DNA of 63,987 nucleotides, the filler included, from Trichomonas gallinae (lineage: Eukaryota): assembly GCA_008369845.1 (NCBI GenBank). It is 4 parts of 4 records of this genome, joined end to end, with 100 filler letters (N's around TTAATTAATTAA, not from the genome) between each part and the next. Parts side by side here need not be neighbours in the genome. Positions count along the whole stretch, not along the records: positions 17,621 to 41,288 come from MRSU01000487.1; positions 41,389 to 62,747 come from MRSU01000488.1; 2 more parts are not named here. One strand, 5' to 3'. The notes beneath the pieces are model-generated. The model saw nothing but the letters and a program-made list of their open reading frames with translations. It did not search any database and was not told the origin of the DNA. The stretch's first letter is position 1. Every line of letters begins with the position of its first letter. A program made the position numbers and the translations under genes. Shown here one piece after another: positions 32,999 to 44,671 of the stretch.

Positions 32999-35900
32999 TT
33001 ATAATATCCAGTATTTGACTTCGCCTTTTGTTGTTAGGTAAATGATCTTCTTGTTCTTCATGAAGAAGCCAATTGGATTTATTGTTGATTTGATTTCGTG
33101 CATCTGAGATTTCGCTATCCATGGAGTTCCGTCAATTCTCGTGTTCAATGCGATGATTTTATCAGTTCGACTGATGATAAATATTGGAACTTGGAAGTCA
33201 GGCATCAACATTGTTTCGATCTTTGTGACTTCCAGTGGATATTCAAGCTTGTTCATGGTGTTTCCGTAGAGATCGAAAATCGAAACAGATGATGTCTTTA
33301 AGACTTCATTGTATGTAGAAACAACGACTTCACCGCGCTCAGTGACTTTGATGATAGATGAAGACATAGGAGGGGCATTGAATGTGAATGAATTCCTAAG
33401 TCTGCGCTCAGTAATTGAAGTAATGAAAACAGTGTTGGAAGAATCAACACTTGCAATTGCATCAAGCGATAAAATTCCGCTGACAGACTGAATCTGGAAT
33501 GAGTGGAATTGCATTGCAGCGATCTTCGACAAATCATAAGCATTCCAGACATATAACACAGAGTCACTGCCACCAGTTACAATATATTTGCCGCCAATTG
33601 ACGTGATGCAGTCAACGACACATGAATTATGCGTGAGTCTGCCAATAATCGACTTTGATGTCAATGAAAATGCAACAACATATGTTGATTGTGGCTGGCA
33701 ATAGAAAAGTGTTTGATTGTTCAATCCGCCTAAGACTATCAATGAGTTATCTGGAATTTTGAGATGAATATCTGACAAGAATTGACATGGTGGATTTTCG
33801 AGATGAACACAAATAGCTCCTCTTGAAGTAACCAAAACACCATCATCGAAGAAAATCGGTGGAGGAGATGGCAAAAGAAGAGGAGTATTATCATTGCATA
33901 GTACAGAGAAAGAAGAATCAATTTGTGCAAGTTTTGACATTGAAGCTTCTTTTGGTAATTGTTGAATGTTATCTATTGAGTTTCTCATTGTCAAAGACTT
34001 TTTGAGTTTCTGGCTGCGAGTTGCATGAGTGCTACTGAATAATTTAGTTGGAAGGCAGCCGAAGTTCGCACAATGATTTTGCATCAAAGCAATTTGTGTT
34101 TCATCAAGTTTCATTGAAATACTTTCGTGATATGAAAATGGATGGAAGACATTCTTGTGTGCTTCACTTTTCTGATATGTACCAAAGACTAAATCAATCC
34201 ATTCATTCAAATGCATCGAAACATACAATGACTCCAATGCATATCTCATCTTGTAAATAAAATCGCTTGGTGATTCAGCCCACGGTGGAAGTTCGACGTT
34301 ATTCAGGGGAACGCCAGTTTGAAGAGATCCTAAATCGAAGTTGTTTGAGTTGTTGAGGAAATAAGGTGACGTGTAGAAATGTGGAATCAATTCTCTGTAA
34401 TCTCCTGTTAATGTTGTAATGGCTTTCCATGCTCCTTGTACTGACGAAAAGAGTCTGCCTGGATGATCGAATTTTCCATCCTGAAGTCTGATATGCAATG
34501 TAGTAAATGGCTCAGTTCTGATCAAGAATCCGCAGACACTAGAAGCATTCGACATGTTTGACCTGTACAAACATTTCTGTGCTGGATCATCAACCATTTG
34601 ATATGATGCTTCCAAGTTTGCCAGTCTTTTCTCCGATAATGCTCCGATTGGCTTCGAGAAATCTCTGTAGAATTCATGATCATTCACATCGAAGTCTGCT
34701 CTTTCGTAGTCAGCAATGACCCATGGGAAAACTGGGAATTGAGAAATATCATTCAAAGATCTTCCGCCTAATATATTCAGCAAGTAAAGATAATGATAGT
34801 TACACATCATGTGATCACGCCACTGTTCAGTTATTTTAGACTTCTTCGTCAAATCATCTGATGAAATAGTTTGAACAATGCTGCCTGTTGCCTTTCTGAA
34901 TGGTGTGAAACAGTCTTCGTATTCAACATTTTTAGTTGATTCAAGTTTCAAAATTTCTTCTTCGAAATTCTGTCTGTTCTGGCTATCACTGAAATAGAAT
35001 AAATAAGATCTCTGCATCTTAGTGAATATTTCAACACCCATTTCGCTATGCATGTAGAACCTCCTGAAAATGTATGAAATGTCGGCAATTTTGAGTTCAA
35101 TGAATTTTGTGTTTGTGTTGTTTGTTGTATCATCAGAACCAAATGCATCTGCTGAATAAACACCATCGAAGATGATTCTTGTTGGGAAAATCCTTAGATG
35201 TCCTTTATAAAAACCGCTGAGTTTTCTTAGGGTAACTGAATAAGAACTGATTGACTTTCTTAATTCAACCAAATCAGGAACAAAAGACAAAGCTGAGATT
35301 TTCTTAATTCTTACATTGTTGTCAATAGAATCTTCTTCTTCAATTGCAGCTGAGTCTCTTGCAGCAGAAGCTTTCTTGTGATCATCGAAATTCAATTCTC
35401 TTCTCATGAATACGTTTTCCCCGAATATGTTGACTCTAGTTGAGTATCTCCAATGAACAGTTGGCTCAACAACATTCCATGGACCACCATCTGTCTTAAT
35501 TAGACGCAAGAATGAAAGGAACAGTTTCTTAGTTTGCAATGTCAAGCTTTCAAATGTTTTCTCGTTAATTGTTTCGATCGCGTTGAAGTTTTGCAAACTG
35601 TTCTGGTCGATGTTGATCTTATCAACAAAGAAGCATGCAACATCATATTCATGACACTCAAATATATCTTTGACCGGGCTGTTGTACAATTGTCTGGCTA
35701 GTTCTAAAACTGAATTATCGTAGTTTAGTTTTGTCAAAACTTCATTGAATGGAGAAATCATATGGTACATACCGCAAAGTGATGGAAAAGCACTTGCAAT
35801 GTTGATCTTCTTGTAGCCGATACTGAAGCTTGCTGTAAGATCCATCGTGAAAATGTGGCCAAGGAGTTTGGCTGCTTTTGTTGCAATTTCTGGGCAGTGA

Positions 35901-38900
35901 TATTTAGACAAAAACATGCAACTCAATTTTGCAAGTTTTGATGCAACTAAATCATCAATGCAGTTAATCTGAATCTGTGAATAAATAGAATCCAAAGCAT
36001 ACTCTAACATTTCTCGTGAAATTGGATTGAATAAAAGCTCATATGTATCAGCTTTGATTTTGAGTGATTCATATAAAACTTTTGTAAATAATTTTACATC
36101 GTATCCAATTTTGTTGATATATTTCAGGAAGAGGAACAGCCATTGCCTCATTTCAAGCATGGGAGCAAGTGATGAGGTATAATTAAACATGGATCCAGAA
36201 ATAACAGTGATGAAATCTTGATAATCAGTTGTATCGATGTACTTGAAAATTAAAAGCAAAAACTGGGGAGCAACAAATTCATGGCCTTCATCGCAGTACA
36301 AAGTATCTTCATAAACATTCATTCCGAAGCAGAAAGCAACAATTGAATCCATCAGATTCCTGTCTACTGGGAATTTCTCTGTTCCATTAACCATGCACAT
36401 GATTGCATTATTAACTTTAGGAGTTAATTTTTCATCATTCTTCAATAAAGCAAGAATGACTCTTAAAGCGTGAGCTCTGAGAATTGACGATGGATTGTTC
36501 AGGTAAAAATCTGCCAATCTGTCAAAAGCTTTAGCAAGATTAGCAAATGGATAACCTAATCCATCATGAATCAACAAAATTTTCTCCAAAACCAATAAAC
36601 AGTTTTGTTGCAGACTGATGCTTGTTGACTGCATTGCAGTGAAGAACAAATAAATCATGCTAGAATAGTTAGGATTAATTTCGAACAACTTGAAAACGGA
36701 ATCTAATGAATAAGGATACAGTGCATCCAGATTTAGTTCTGAAAGTTTATAAGCAGTGAATGGTTCATATCCGTCGAATTCAAATTTATAAGGCTGAAGT
36801 GCAGCTGTTTGAAGAATTGAGTAAATTATGTAATCATGTGTTTGATATTCGAAAACTTTCCTGTGCATTTCCATTAAATGCGGAAGAATGTCATGATGTA
36901 TCTGATATACAAAATCATGTCCTTTCTGATATAAAAGAGGGAAATTGAAGAGAATGTTATCGGCCAAGTCTTTCTTTAGATCGTCTGGAAGTTTAAGGAA
37001 TAAATAACTTAATGTGTTTGCAAAATCATGATTGAAATATTTTGGATCAATGTTTGCTAAAACAGCTGAAAACAGCTTGAAGCTTCCAATATCTTTCCAT
37101 AGTTGTTGCAGATATTCATCTGAGTTAATTATATTTGTGAGTAAAACCATCAATTCGTTTAACAATTGTGGAGATTTTGCTGTTAAGAATAAAGGCAAAA
37201 TTAGTGAATATGTTGAATCGTATTTCAAGACGTCAAGAATTGTGTTTAAGAAAGGAACAGCGACAGCAGAAATTTTCGCTCTCTTTGCCAAATCTTGTGT
37301 TGTTCCATGTAATCTGTGGGTTTTATCGTTAGTGTTGCAAGGGATGCAAGAGAAGATGCAGTTTTTAGGTGGCTCATGTGTTTCCATTGCTTTCATTCCT
37401 TCTTTGTTTGATGACTCGAAATCTGTTGATTTGCAGACAAAAACTGGACCAATATCTCCTGTGAAATATTTATCTTTATCTTTAGAAACACCAACTCTTA
37501 TTCTAAGTTGTTTTTCTAAAGGCGGTAATGTAATATTATAATTAATCAAATTTCCGAAGCTATCAAATGCTTGTAATTCGTTTGCATTAAATCTCAAGAA
37601 AATGTTCTGCCACTTTCCTAACTGACAAGCTGAGAAAGAATACTGGCTTTCATGCCCATCTATGCAAATGTTGACCTTCAAAGCTTGTCTGAAAGCTAAT
37701 ATCGTTATCAATTTCTTTTCTTTCGTTGCAATTGTTATGATAGGCATGTTTGCTGTATAAAACTGTGTCAATCTAATGGCAGTTGTAATAGAAAATGGAT
37801 AAGTTAATGAATCATCTTGTAGCCAAGGTCCTTTTATCGATTCATTACCAGAAAAGTGGAAGAAAGAAGAAACACTTGACCTTCTATTTTGGTGAAATAT
37901 TTCATTGATTTTCTCAACAACATTTTGCTGGCTTACTAAACTTGACATTTGAGATATGGACTTGATAACATCTCTCAATGCTAAAGGTGAGAAGAAATCT
38001 GACGCGATGATTTTGAACAAATTTAATGCACCAACAACTGTCTTCTTTGTCAATCTTTTCACTAAAACGTTTATGACATTTGATCTGAATAAAAGATAAG
38101 AATTTGCAAGATTGATCTGACAAGATTCGCATAAGAAATCATATTCTTTGTCTTCGAATTCTGTGTCTTGAATGATTCGCAAAATAACGAACAAAAATGT
38201 TGGAACAGTTATAGTGAAATCTGGTGTAATTTCGTTTGTATATTTCGCAAATAAAAAGCCTTGCATTGTATTAATTGTAGTTTCGTCAATATCTGATAGT
38301 TTTGTTTCGCTTAACGCAGTATAAATCGGAATTGCTGAAGGAGAAGCTAGATAATCTTTGATAACTTCGTATTTTGTTAGAAGAACTTTCAAGCAATTTA
38401 TCACGTTTTGGAACAATTCTTTGCTGCTGAATCTTTCGCATAATTTTGTTAGTTGAAGCATCAATCTGACATCGATGATTAATTCTGATACATCATGCTT
38501 CATATTGTCGAAAGCATCATAGAATGCCTTTGATATTTCGACTACCATGTTTTCTGTAAATTTGTCATTGTTAATTTGCATCAATATGTATGAAACTCCG
38601 TTTAATATCGAAGTATGGAAACGGATGAACTCATCTTCATCGTCTCTATTCGCAGCATTGAATATCAGTTTATCATAAGTGACTAAGTATGAATTATATC
38701 GTTGCGAAATGAAGAAAAAATCGCATGTCGCAATAAAAGATGTTGTTTGAGTGAATATTTCATAAGAAGAGTTCTCCAATGCATATAGAGTAAATAATAC
38801 GATGGTATCCAATGCAAGAAGCTCATTTTTATCATGAACAGATTCGATATCTCCCAATTTCTGCGTGAAACATCCTGCAATCGTGGAATCTAAAAAGTCA

Positions 38901-40387
38901 ACGATTTTTTGCTTGATATATGTGCGGAATAGAGGAACAAAATAGAAAATTGTTTGGAATCCTTCACGTTCTAATACAGTTTTGATCCATTCGCATATAT
39001 AAAGTGTATCACATGGGAATTTGAGGCCATGGTGAACCATAAATCCAAATAAAGCACATCTATATTGAATATTCAAATCTGAATCAGATTTAAATACGCC
39101 ATCAATGAATGTAGAATCTAAGAATTTATAAAGTGCTTCATATTCTATATATCCAATAGGGTAGCAAGCCACTAATGCCGTGATGCTCAATTTCAATTTA
39201 TTTTCTTTTTCATTATTGAGGAATTCTGTGATAAATTCGATAATTTCTTCTGAATGGTGAATAACAGTTTCGAAGTATTGTTGTAAAAGACTTACAATTA
39301 CTTTTGCTTCATAATTTATAAACATAAAACCTTGTTCTGGAATAAACGAAACGGGTTCATCTGATTTGAATGGTAAATTAATCGTTTCTAACTGGAAATT
39401 TGGAAAAGTGATTGCGTATTTTAATAAATCTTTCACAAGTTTACTATATAGATCAGGAGGGCATAACTTCAGCTTTTGTGTAACTCTTATTAAGTTAAAG
39501 CAAGTCGCAAAAAGGCTCATATTTGAAATGCCATCTTGTATGAGTAGATAAATTATGCGAAATGCTAGTGTAATACATTGAACAATGTGCTCCGGTCTAA
39601 TTGTTGCTGTTATGCTCTGAACTATCGAGAAAAATGCTTGTACTAATTGGAAAAATTCAACATCTTTTTCTTTATCGAAGCAATGGGACCATTGAATGAT
39701 ACAATTTTTCAAAAATTCAAATGTATAATCTTTGTTGCAATCTGATTCTAAGAACTGAAGTGGTAATAATATTGACAACAGTTGAACAAGTAAATTTCGC
39801 AAAGCAACATTGCCACTTGGTGAGAATATCCAATTTGTATCACCAATAGATATGTAAAATGAATACATCAGCGTAATTTTCTGTTCGACATCAATATATT
39901 TCGTAGATGTTATGCAGTTTACGGCATCGGGAAATACGACCCATGTTTGTTCTGGGAGCCTGCTATCAGATATATTGAATTTAAGATTATTTAACAAGGA
40001 TTTAAATTGAAATGAAAATAAAATAAAACCGCGAATCATGTATTCTTTGAGTAAATCTTCTGCAATGAGTTGTGTCTTATCATTTTTGAACTCTATTATC
40101 GTTTTGAAGAAGAATAAAGTATTCATTGCACAATAATCGTCAAATTTGAAGAGAGTAACTAGTGTTTTTGTTAGTTCATCCTGTGTTTTTGTTTGTTTTA
40201 CGGCGTTTAATACATCAGGAATTGGAATTGGCGAATAATTAAATGCAATCATAAAAGTAACAACGGCTGACGTGTTATTAGAACTCAAAATTTGCAAGCC
40301 GGGATCCTTCGTGAAATATGTCACCCACATTTTATGGTAGGATTCTCCACCAATTTTATCAATGTGAGCTAAAATATCATCAATCAT
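32999..40387 (-). CDS. BEACH (Beige/neurobeachin/LYST family) protein: helical N-terminus, ConA-like, PH, BEACH, WD40
   Basis: 2462 aa with YIFRRFY..GVEIF (PH), YLYLLNILGGRSLNDISQFPVFPWVIADY, LQDGKFDHPGRLFSS, RELIPHFY, VELPPWA, ALESLYVSMHLNEWIDLVFG, NFGCLPTKLF, and IVTGGSDSVLYVWN (WD40). Confidence 0.95.
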   Translation of the reverse strand: MIDDILAHIDKIGGESYHKMWVTYFTKDPGLQILSSNNTSAVVTFMIAFNYSPIPIPDVLNAVKQTKTQDELTKTLVTLFKFDDYCAMNTLFFFKTIIEFKNDKTQLIAEDLLKEYMIRGFILFSFQFKSLLNNLKFNISDSRLPEQTWVVFPDAVNCITSTKYIDVEQKITLMYSFYISIGDTNWIFSPSGNVALRNLLVQLLSILLPLQFLESDCNKDYTFEFLKNCIIQWSHCFDKEKDVEFFQLVQAFFSIVQSITATIRPEHIVQCITLAFRIIYLLIQDGISNMSLFATCFNLIRVTQKLKLCPPDLYSKLVKDLLKYAITFPNFQLETINLPFKSDEPVSFIPEQGFMFINYEAKVIVSLLQQYFETVIHHSEEIIEFITEFLNNEKENKLKLSITALVACYPIGYIEYEALYKFLDSTFIDGVFKSDSDLNIQYRCALFGFMVHHGLKFPCDTLYICEWIKTVLEREGFQTIFYFVPLFRTYIKQKIVDFLDSTIAGCFTQKLGDIESVHDKNELLALDTIVLFTLYALENSSYEIFTQTTSFIATCDFFFISQRYNSYLVTYDKLIFNAANRDDEDEFIRFHTSILNGVSYILMQINNDKFTENMVVEISKAFYDAFDNMKHDVSELIIDVRLMLQLTKLCERFSSKELFQNVINCLKVLLTKYEVIKDYLASPSAIPIYTALSETKLSDIDETTINTMQGFLFAKYTNEITPDFTITVPTFLFVILRIIQDTEFEDKEYDFLCESCQINLANSYLLFRSNVINVLVKRLTKKTVVGALNLFKIIASDFFSPLALRDVIKSISQMSSLVSQQNVVEKINEIFHQNRRSSVSSFFHFSGNESIKGPWLQDDSLTYPFSITTAIRLTQFYTANMPIITIATKEKKLITILAFRQALKVNICIDGHESQYSFSACQLGKWQNIFLRFNANELQAFDSFGNLINYNITLPPLEKQLRIRVGVSKDKDKYFTGDIGPVFVCKSTDFESSNKEGMKAMETHEPPKNCIFSCIPCNTNDKTHRLHGTTQDLAKRAKISAVAVPFLNTILDVLKYDSTYSLILPLFLTAKSPQLLNELMVLLTNIINSDEYLQQLWKDIGSFKLFSAVLANIDPKYFNHDFANTLSYLFLKLPDDLKKDLADNILFNFPLLYQKGHDFVYQIHHDILPHLMEMHRKVFEYQTHDYIIYSILQTAALQPYKFEFDGYEPFTAYKLSELNLDALYPYSLDSVFKLFEINPNYSSMIYLFFTAMQSTSISLQQNCLLVLEKILLIHDGLGYPFANLAKAFDRLADFYLNNPSSILRAHALRVILALLKNDEKLTPKVNNAIMCMVNGTEKFPVDRNLMDSIVAFCFGMNVYEDTLYCDEGHEFVAPQFLLLIFKYIDTTDYQDFITVISGSMFNYTSSLAPMLEMRQWLFLFLKYINKIGYDVKLFTKVLYESLKIKADTYELLFNPISREMLEYALDSIYSQIQINCIDDLVASKLAKLSCMFLSKYHCPEIATKAAKLLGHIFTMDLTASFSIGYKKINIASAFPSLCGMYHMISPFNEVLTKLNYDNSVLELARQLYNSPVKDIFECHEYDVACFFVDKINIDQNSLQNFNAIETINEKTFESLTLQTKKLFLSFLRLIKTDGGPWNVVEPTVHWRYSTRVNIFGENVFMRRELNFDDHKKASAARDSAAIEEEDSIDNNVRIKKISALSFVPDLVELRKSISSYSVTLRKLSGFYKGHLRIFPTRIIFDGVYSADAFGSDDTTNNTNTKFIELKIADISYIFRRFYMHSEMGVEIFTKMQRSYLFYFSDSQNRQNFEEEILKLESTKNVEYEDCFTPFRKATGSIVQTISSDDLTKKSKITEQWRDHMMCNYHYLYLLNILGGRSLNDISQFPVFPWVIADYERADFDVNDHEFYRDFSKPIGALSEKRLANLEASYQMVDDPAQKCLYRSNMSNASSVCGFLIRTEPFTTLHIRLQDGKFDHPGRLFSSVQGAWKAITTLTGDYRELIPHFYTSPYFLNNSNNFDLGSLQTGVPLNNVELPPWAESPSDFIYKMRYALESLYVSMHLNEWIDLVFGTYQKSEAHKNVFHPFSYHESISMKLDETQIALMQNHCANFGCLPTKLFSSTHATRSQKLKKSLTMRNSIDNIQQLPKEASMSKLAQIDSSFSVLCNDNTPLLLPSPPPIFFDDGVLVTSRGAICVHLENPPCQFLSDIHLKIPDNSLIVLGGLNNQTLFYCQPQSTYVVAFSLTSKSIIGRLTHNSCVVDCITSIGGKYIVTGGSDSVLYVWNAYDLSKIAAMQFHSFQIQSVSGILSLDAIASVDSSNTVFITSITERRLRNSFTFNAPPMSSSIIKVTERGEVVVSTYNEVLKTSSVSIFDLYGNTMNKLEYPLEVTKIETMLMPDFQVPIFIISRTDKIIALNTRIDGTPWIAKSQMHEIKSTINPIGFFMKNKKIIYLTTKGEVKYWIL

Positions 40388-41288
40388 TTTTTTTAACCAA
40401 AAATTGTCATTTTATCAAAAATCGAATATTAAAATCGATATGTTTAAACGAGTCATAACCAAATAAAAAAGTTGAGGGGAAAACGGTTTTTTCAATTTTG
40501 GAAGAAAAACACTAAAAAATTAATAAGCTATTTGAAAGCTATAAAGAATATATCGGTTTTAATCGGTTTTGACATGTAAATTTTACATAAAAGTGACAAT
40601 TACTCGGATTCCATTTTACTTCCTTACGGGACATGTTTTCCTAACTCTCTTCGATAAATGAGCATCTACATGTTTTATTTTATTTAACACAAACAAAATA
40701 ACTTTAGAATATGATGGCTGAAGCGAATAATTTTTCTAAAAAATCAATTTTGAGCTGTAATTTAAGGCATTTAGGGATATGGGAGTTGGGTGCTCAGTGA
40801 TGTTTTCGCCGAATTTGAATTAACGAGCCATTAATTAAAAGTGACATTTTGATAATCAACCTTCATATGATCCACGCCTTTGTCCTTCATATGATATATT
40901 ATACAGCAACTATTTTGAGAATTTTTTAAATGATTGTTGACATCAAGGATGTCGAAAAGTGAATTGGATTGCCGAGATTAACTAAAATGTGTTATAACCC
41001 GATATCCTAATCTAAACGAGTTTATTAATGAAGATCTCCTCTCAATTTTCTATCGTTTATATATAGATGTTGGGCTTCGATTGACCATGTTCTGAAGTTT
41101 TCTAGTTAGAGCAAATTTTCTCAAAATTAATTTTGAAAATTTTGAATCACGTCTAAACTTATCAAATATTACAAATATGACAACAAGTTTACAAAAAGTG
41201 TCATTTTAAACAATTGCTCTGAATTGTTTTATTTGATTTAATTAATATCGAAAAATAGCTTTGACCCAAATACAGGCATCGAGTATGA

Positions 41289-41388
41289 NNNNNNNNNNNN
41301 NNNNNNNNNNNNNNNNNNNNNNNNNNNNNNNNTTAATTAATTAANNNNNNNNNNNNNNNNNNNNNNNNNNNNNNNNNNNNNNNNNNNN
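41289..41388. other. Artificial contig spacer (N44-TTAATTAATTAA-N44)
   Basis: Same structure as 17521-17620. Confidence 0.95.
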
Positions 41389-41641
41389 TCACCGTTTTTA
41401 TTGGAATCACCATGACTTTATTCGAATAAAGTGAATTTGGAATAATGCTATAATTTGGAATTAAGTCGATTTTGGAATAATGAACTTTATTCCAAATGCC
41501 GAGTTCGTCCAAAAAAGTGAAAATATGGATCATATCCAAATTATTTGGAATTACCAATAAAAGATTATTCCTAGGGATGTGCGAACTGGCCGTTTAGTGA
41601 TGGATCCAACCGTTTGGCGGTTATTCCAAATGCTTCTTTAA
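41389..41641. mobile_element. Probable DNA-transposon terminus with subterminal TTGGAAT/ATTCCAA repeats, ending CT|TTAA (Kolobok-like)
   Basis: About 7 copies of (T)TTGGAAT in both orientations within 250 bp at a contig edge. The last copy is followed by TGCTTCT and TTAA (41638-41641), after which the motif disappears. Confidence 0.45.
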
Positions 41642-42411
41642 TGACATATTTGACATGTAAATAGTGGTAAGAAAAGTGACGATATTCATTTTTGTTTGGC
41701 ATTCTTTTTGCCTAGTAAATATTTTATTTGATATTGTACATTTTTTTGATGCATGAATATCATAAAAGTGACAATAATGGGGATTTTGACATTTGCCAAT
41801 AATCATATATTTTTTGGTTTGGACCAAGTATTCCTATTAAGCAGATGATCTATTTGCTGAATATATAAATAATTTTGCGTTTCTCCGTGGATAGCATTAA
41901 CACTTGTCAATTTTTATTTTTTCCACAGTAAAAAGTGCATTGGGTGCCATTTTCCGAAACTTCGATGATTTCCATGTGCGTCAGACGTGCACATGGTTTT
42001 AACCAAATGCTTAGAATATCATTAGGGAGTGTGAATTTCGATTTTATCGTAACTTTTTGAATGAATGGGTGACAAAAATCAAATCTGACAATTTTATGGC
42101 AAGTTATATAAGTAACACATACACTAAAATATTTAATTTTTGTAAAGTATTTCGATTTTGATTGAGGTTTTTGATTTGAAATCTGAATTTTGCTTTTCTA
42201 CTAATATATAATTGAATATAATTTGTTTATTAATAACAAATACAAAAATATATGAACAACTTTGCGAATTAAATAAGATAAAAAGTAAAAAAATATGAAA
42301 AAATATAAATTATCGATAATGGCCATCATAATCATGAACATGACATTTGTTTGGTACCTGTAAATATATTAGTCTATAATATTTGTATACATTTTTGCAT
42401 TTTAAATATAT

Positions 42412-42879
42412 TTAATATTCATCTTCGCTTGAGAATTTATCGAGGTTCCTATTAAAGCATTTAGCTTTATTTTCATAGATGCTCTTCTCAAGCTTCGACA
42501 TTCCTTTCCATGATTCTTGAATTAATTTTGTTCTTTCCGAAAGAGTGAGATTTGGGTTTGTTATTCTAAGGGATTGTTGCTGCTCTTGAACAAAAATCGA
42601 ATATGCTGATATTCTCTTGACTTTATCTTCATTATCGAAAGAAGTATCGTTATCTTGGCGTTCTTTCTTCTTCTTTCGTGGTAATCGCAGCTTGGCTTTT
42701 CTTCTGTACTGCATCTTTGTCTGTGATGATTGTTGTTCCCATAAATTTGCTGTTTTGTGATATATTTCAATTTTAGTCAAATGAGGCTCATACAAATGCA
42801 GCTTTGCTCTCGTCTCTTGCAGAAACGCGCTGTACCCCTCATCTTCTACACACGAGTCGGGAATTTGCCTCTTGCTCAT
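42412..42879 (-). CDS. HMG-box protein (two degenerate boxes)
   Basis: GYSAFLQE...ANLWEQQSSQTKMQY and RISAYSIFVQEQQQSL..TNPNLTLSERTKLIQESWKGMSKLEKSIYENKA. First ATG at 42879. Confidence 0.85.
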   Translation of the reverse strand: MSKRQIPDSCVEDEGYSAFLQETRAKLHLYEPHLTKIEIYHKTANLWEQQSSQTKMQYRRKAKLRLPRKKKKERQDNDTSFDNEDKVKRISAYSIFVQEQQQSLRITNPNLTLSERTKLIQESWKGMSKLEKSIYENKAKCFNRNLDKFSSEDEY

Positions 42880-44671
42880 TCCAACTTCCAAGTAGAAAAA
42901 CTGAAACCAAAACCGTAAGTTTCTGTATTAATTAGTTATTTCGAGTATTTAAAGTATTATCTACTCCTTTTATGCGAAAATATTTCACAGAATTCGATAT
43001 ATTTTTTTCAGAAATAAAGAAAATCGACCTCAGAAAATATAAAATTAAATAAACATGTTTATCGATATACACATCAATAATACGGTATTTCTATTTCGTA
43101 TTTTTTTCTTCTCAATTTTAAATGAATACTGTAGAAATATTTTTATTAACTTTTAATGCTAAGCTTTAATAATTCTAAAAATGTTATTTTTGTATAAATA
43201 TGAAATTCTGATAAACCATTTTTTCATTTTCAAAACTCCCATCGAAAATTTTATGCGTTTAATTTTGGATTAATCACACCAATCCATACGACTGATATTC
43301 ACATTTACTCCCTTCAAAATCATTTTTGAGAGAGTTTTTTTATTATTTATTAATATCTATTTATATTCTTATTTGCCTTCATTTTTCTAATTTTTTTCAT
43401 TATTTTTTTTTATTCTCTTTTTTTATCCTCGGAAAGAATTATCTGGCTAACAGAAGAAACAGGTGAATCATGTAAAATCATTTTTGAATAATTTTAACTA
43501 TTGTTTAAGCATTGAAAATGCATCCAATGATATTTTAAAAGTCGATATTCTTTTTCTCCATCTTTTTCTAAAGACACGCTGCCAAGTTCAGGAAAAAAAT
43601 CGTGAACAACATTTTATAACAATCAGAAAACTCGTAGAGGTGCAAATGAAATAGCTTAAATATGGTGAGTTTTTTTAGGGAAATTCTGATTTGGAAATTA
43701 CAAACTCTTATTTTCCTGTGAAACGAGTGGAATACTATGTGGGTATGATTCCTCCATCAATATAATTTGTTTATGTTTAGTATTTTTTAATTGAGAAATG
43801 GATTTTAATCTGTTGAATGGAATCAAAAATAGAGTTAAAATTATACAACCTGTGAACAGAGGGGATATTTTTCATAGCTATTTTGGCATGGAAAAAATAA
43901 GTTAAAAAATAAAGGAATATTTCGCATAATATTATCTCAATATTAAGATAATAAGCGCTAAATAAATTTCTAATCACGAATATAGCATTAGTTCAGCGAG
44001 GATCTGCACGATCATCTTTAGATTCACTTTAATTGAGCAAATCGATTGAAATACTTGATGGTTCATCAAGAGATTGATTTATAGCAATCAAATCACATTG
44101 AAAAGTATGCGTAATAATCTCTCGACACTTTGATAAACTTCAAACAGTTCAACAAACGATATAGTGCTTGTCGATATGAATCATAACATCATCAAGATAC
44201 TCAACATGTTATTTCACACACTATCTTTGTTGATTGTTTAATATTAATTTTTATTTCAAGATCAACTGAAAACTTTCATTTTAGAAATTGTTGATCATGA
44301 AACATACTATATATGAATAATTGAATATAATTTCAAACGATCAAGTATATAATCATTCATATAAGAATCAAGTACGATATTCAAATAACCAATTAATTCG
44401 TTTTCTCGTAGATGCAAATACACATATATAACCTGATAGATAGTTATCGAGTTTTACAAGTTGCTATAATGATTTCTTTTGAGTGCTTCTGCGCCCGTAA
44501 ATATGAAAGGATGGCGCAACTATTCAGTTTTTACAAAATAAGGGGGTAACACTAAATTAATGGGGTACTGAACTTGAAGGTTCATCTCTGAGCAAAATGT
44601 TGGATGCTGATTGGTATTATCCAAATCAGCAAACACAATTCCAATGTTTTAAACGACCGGCGATCAAATCC

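Noticed and set aside
43780..44460. Coding-like minus-strand stretch
   Set aside because: Multiple stops and no recognisable family motif; cannot support a call.
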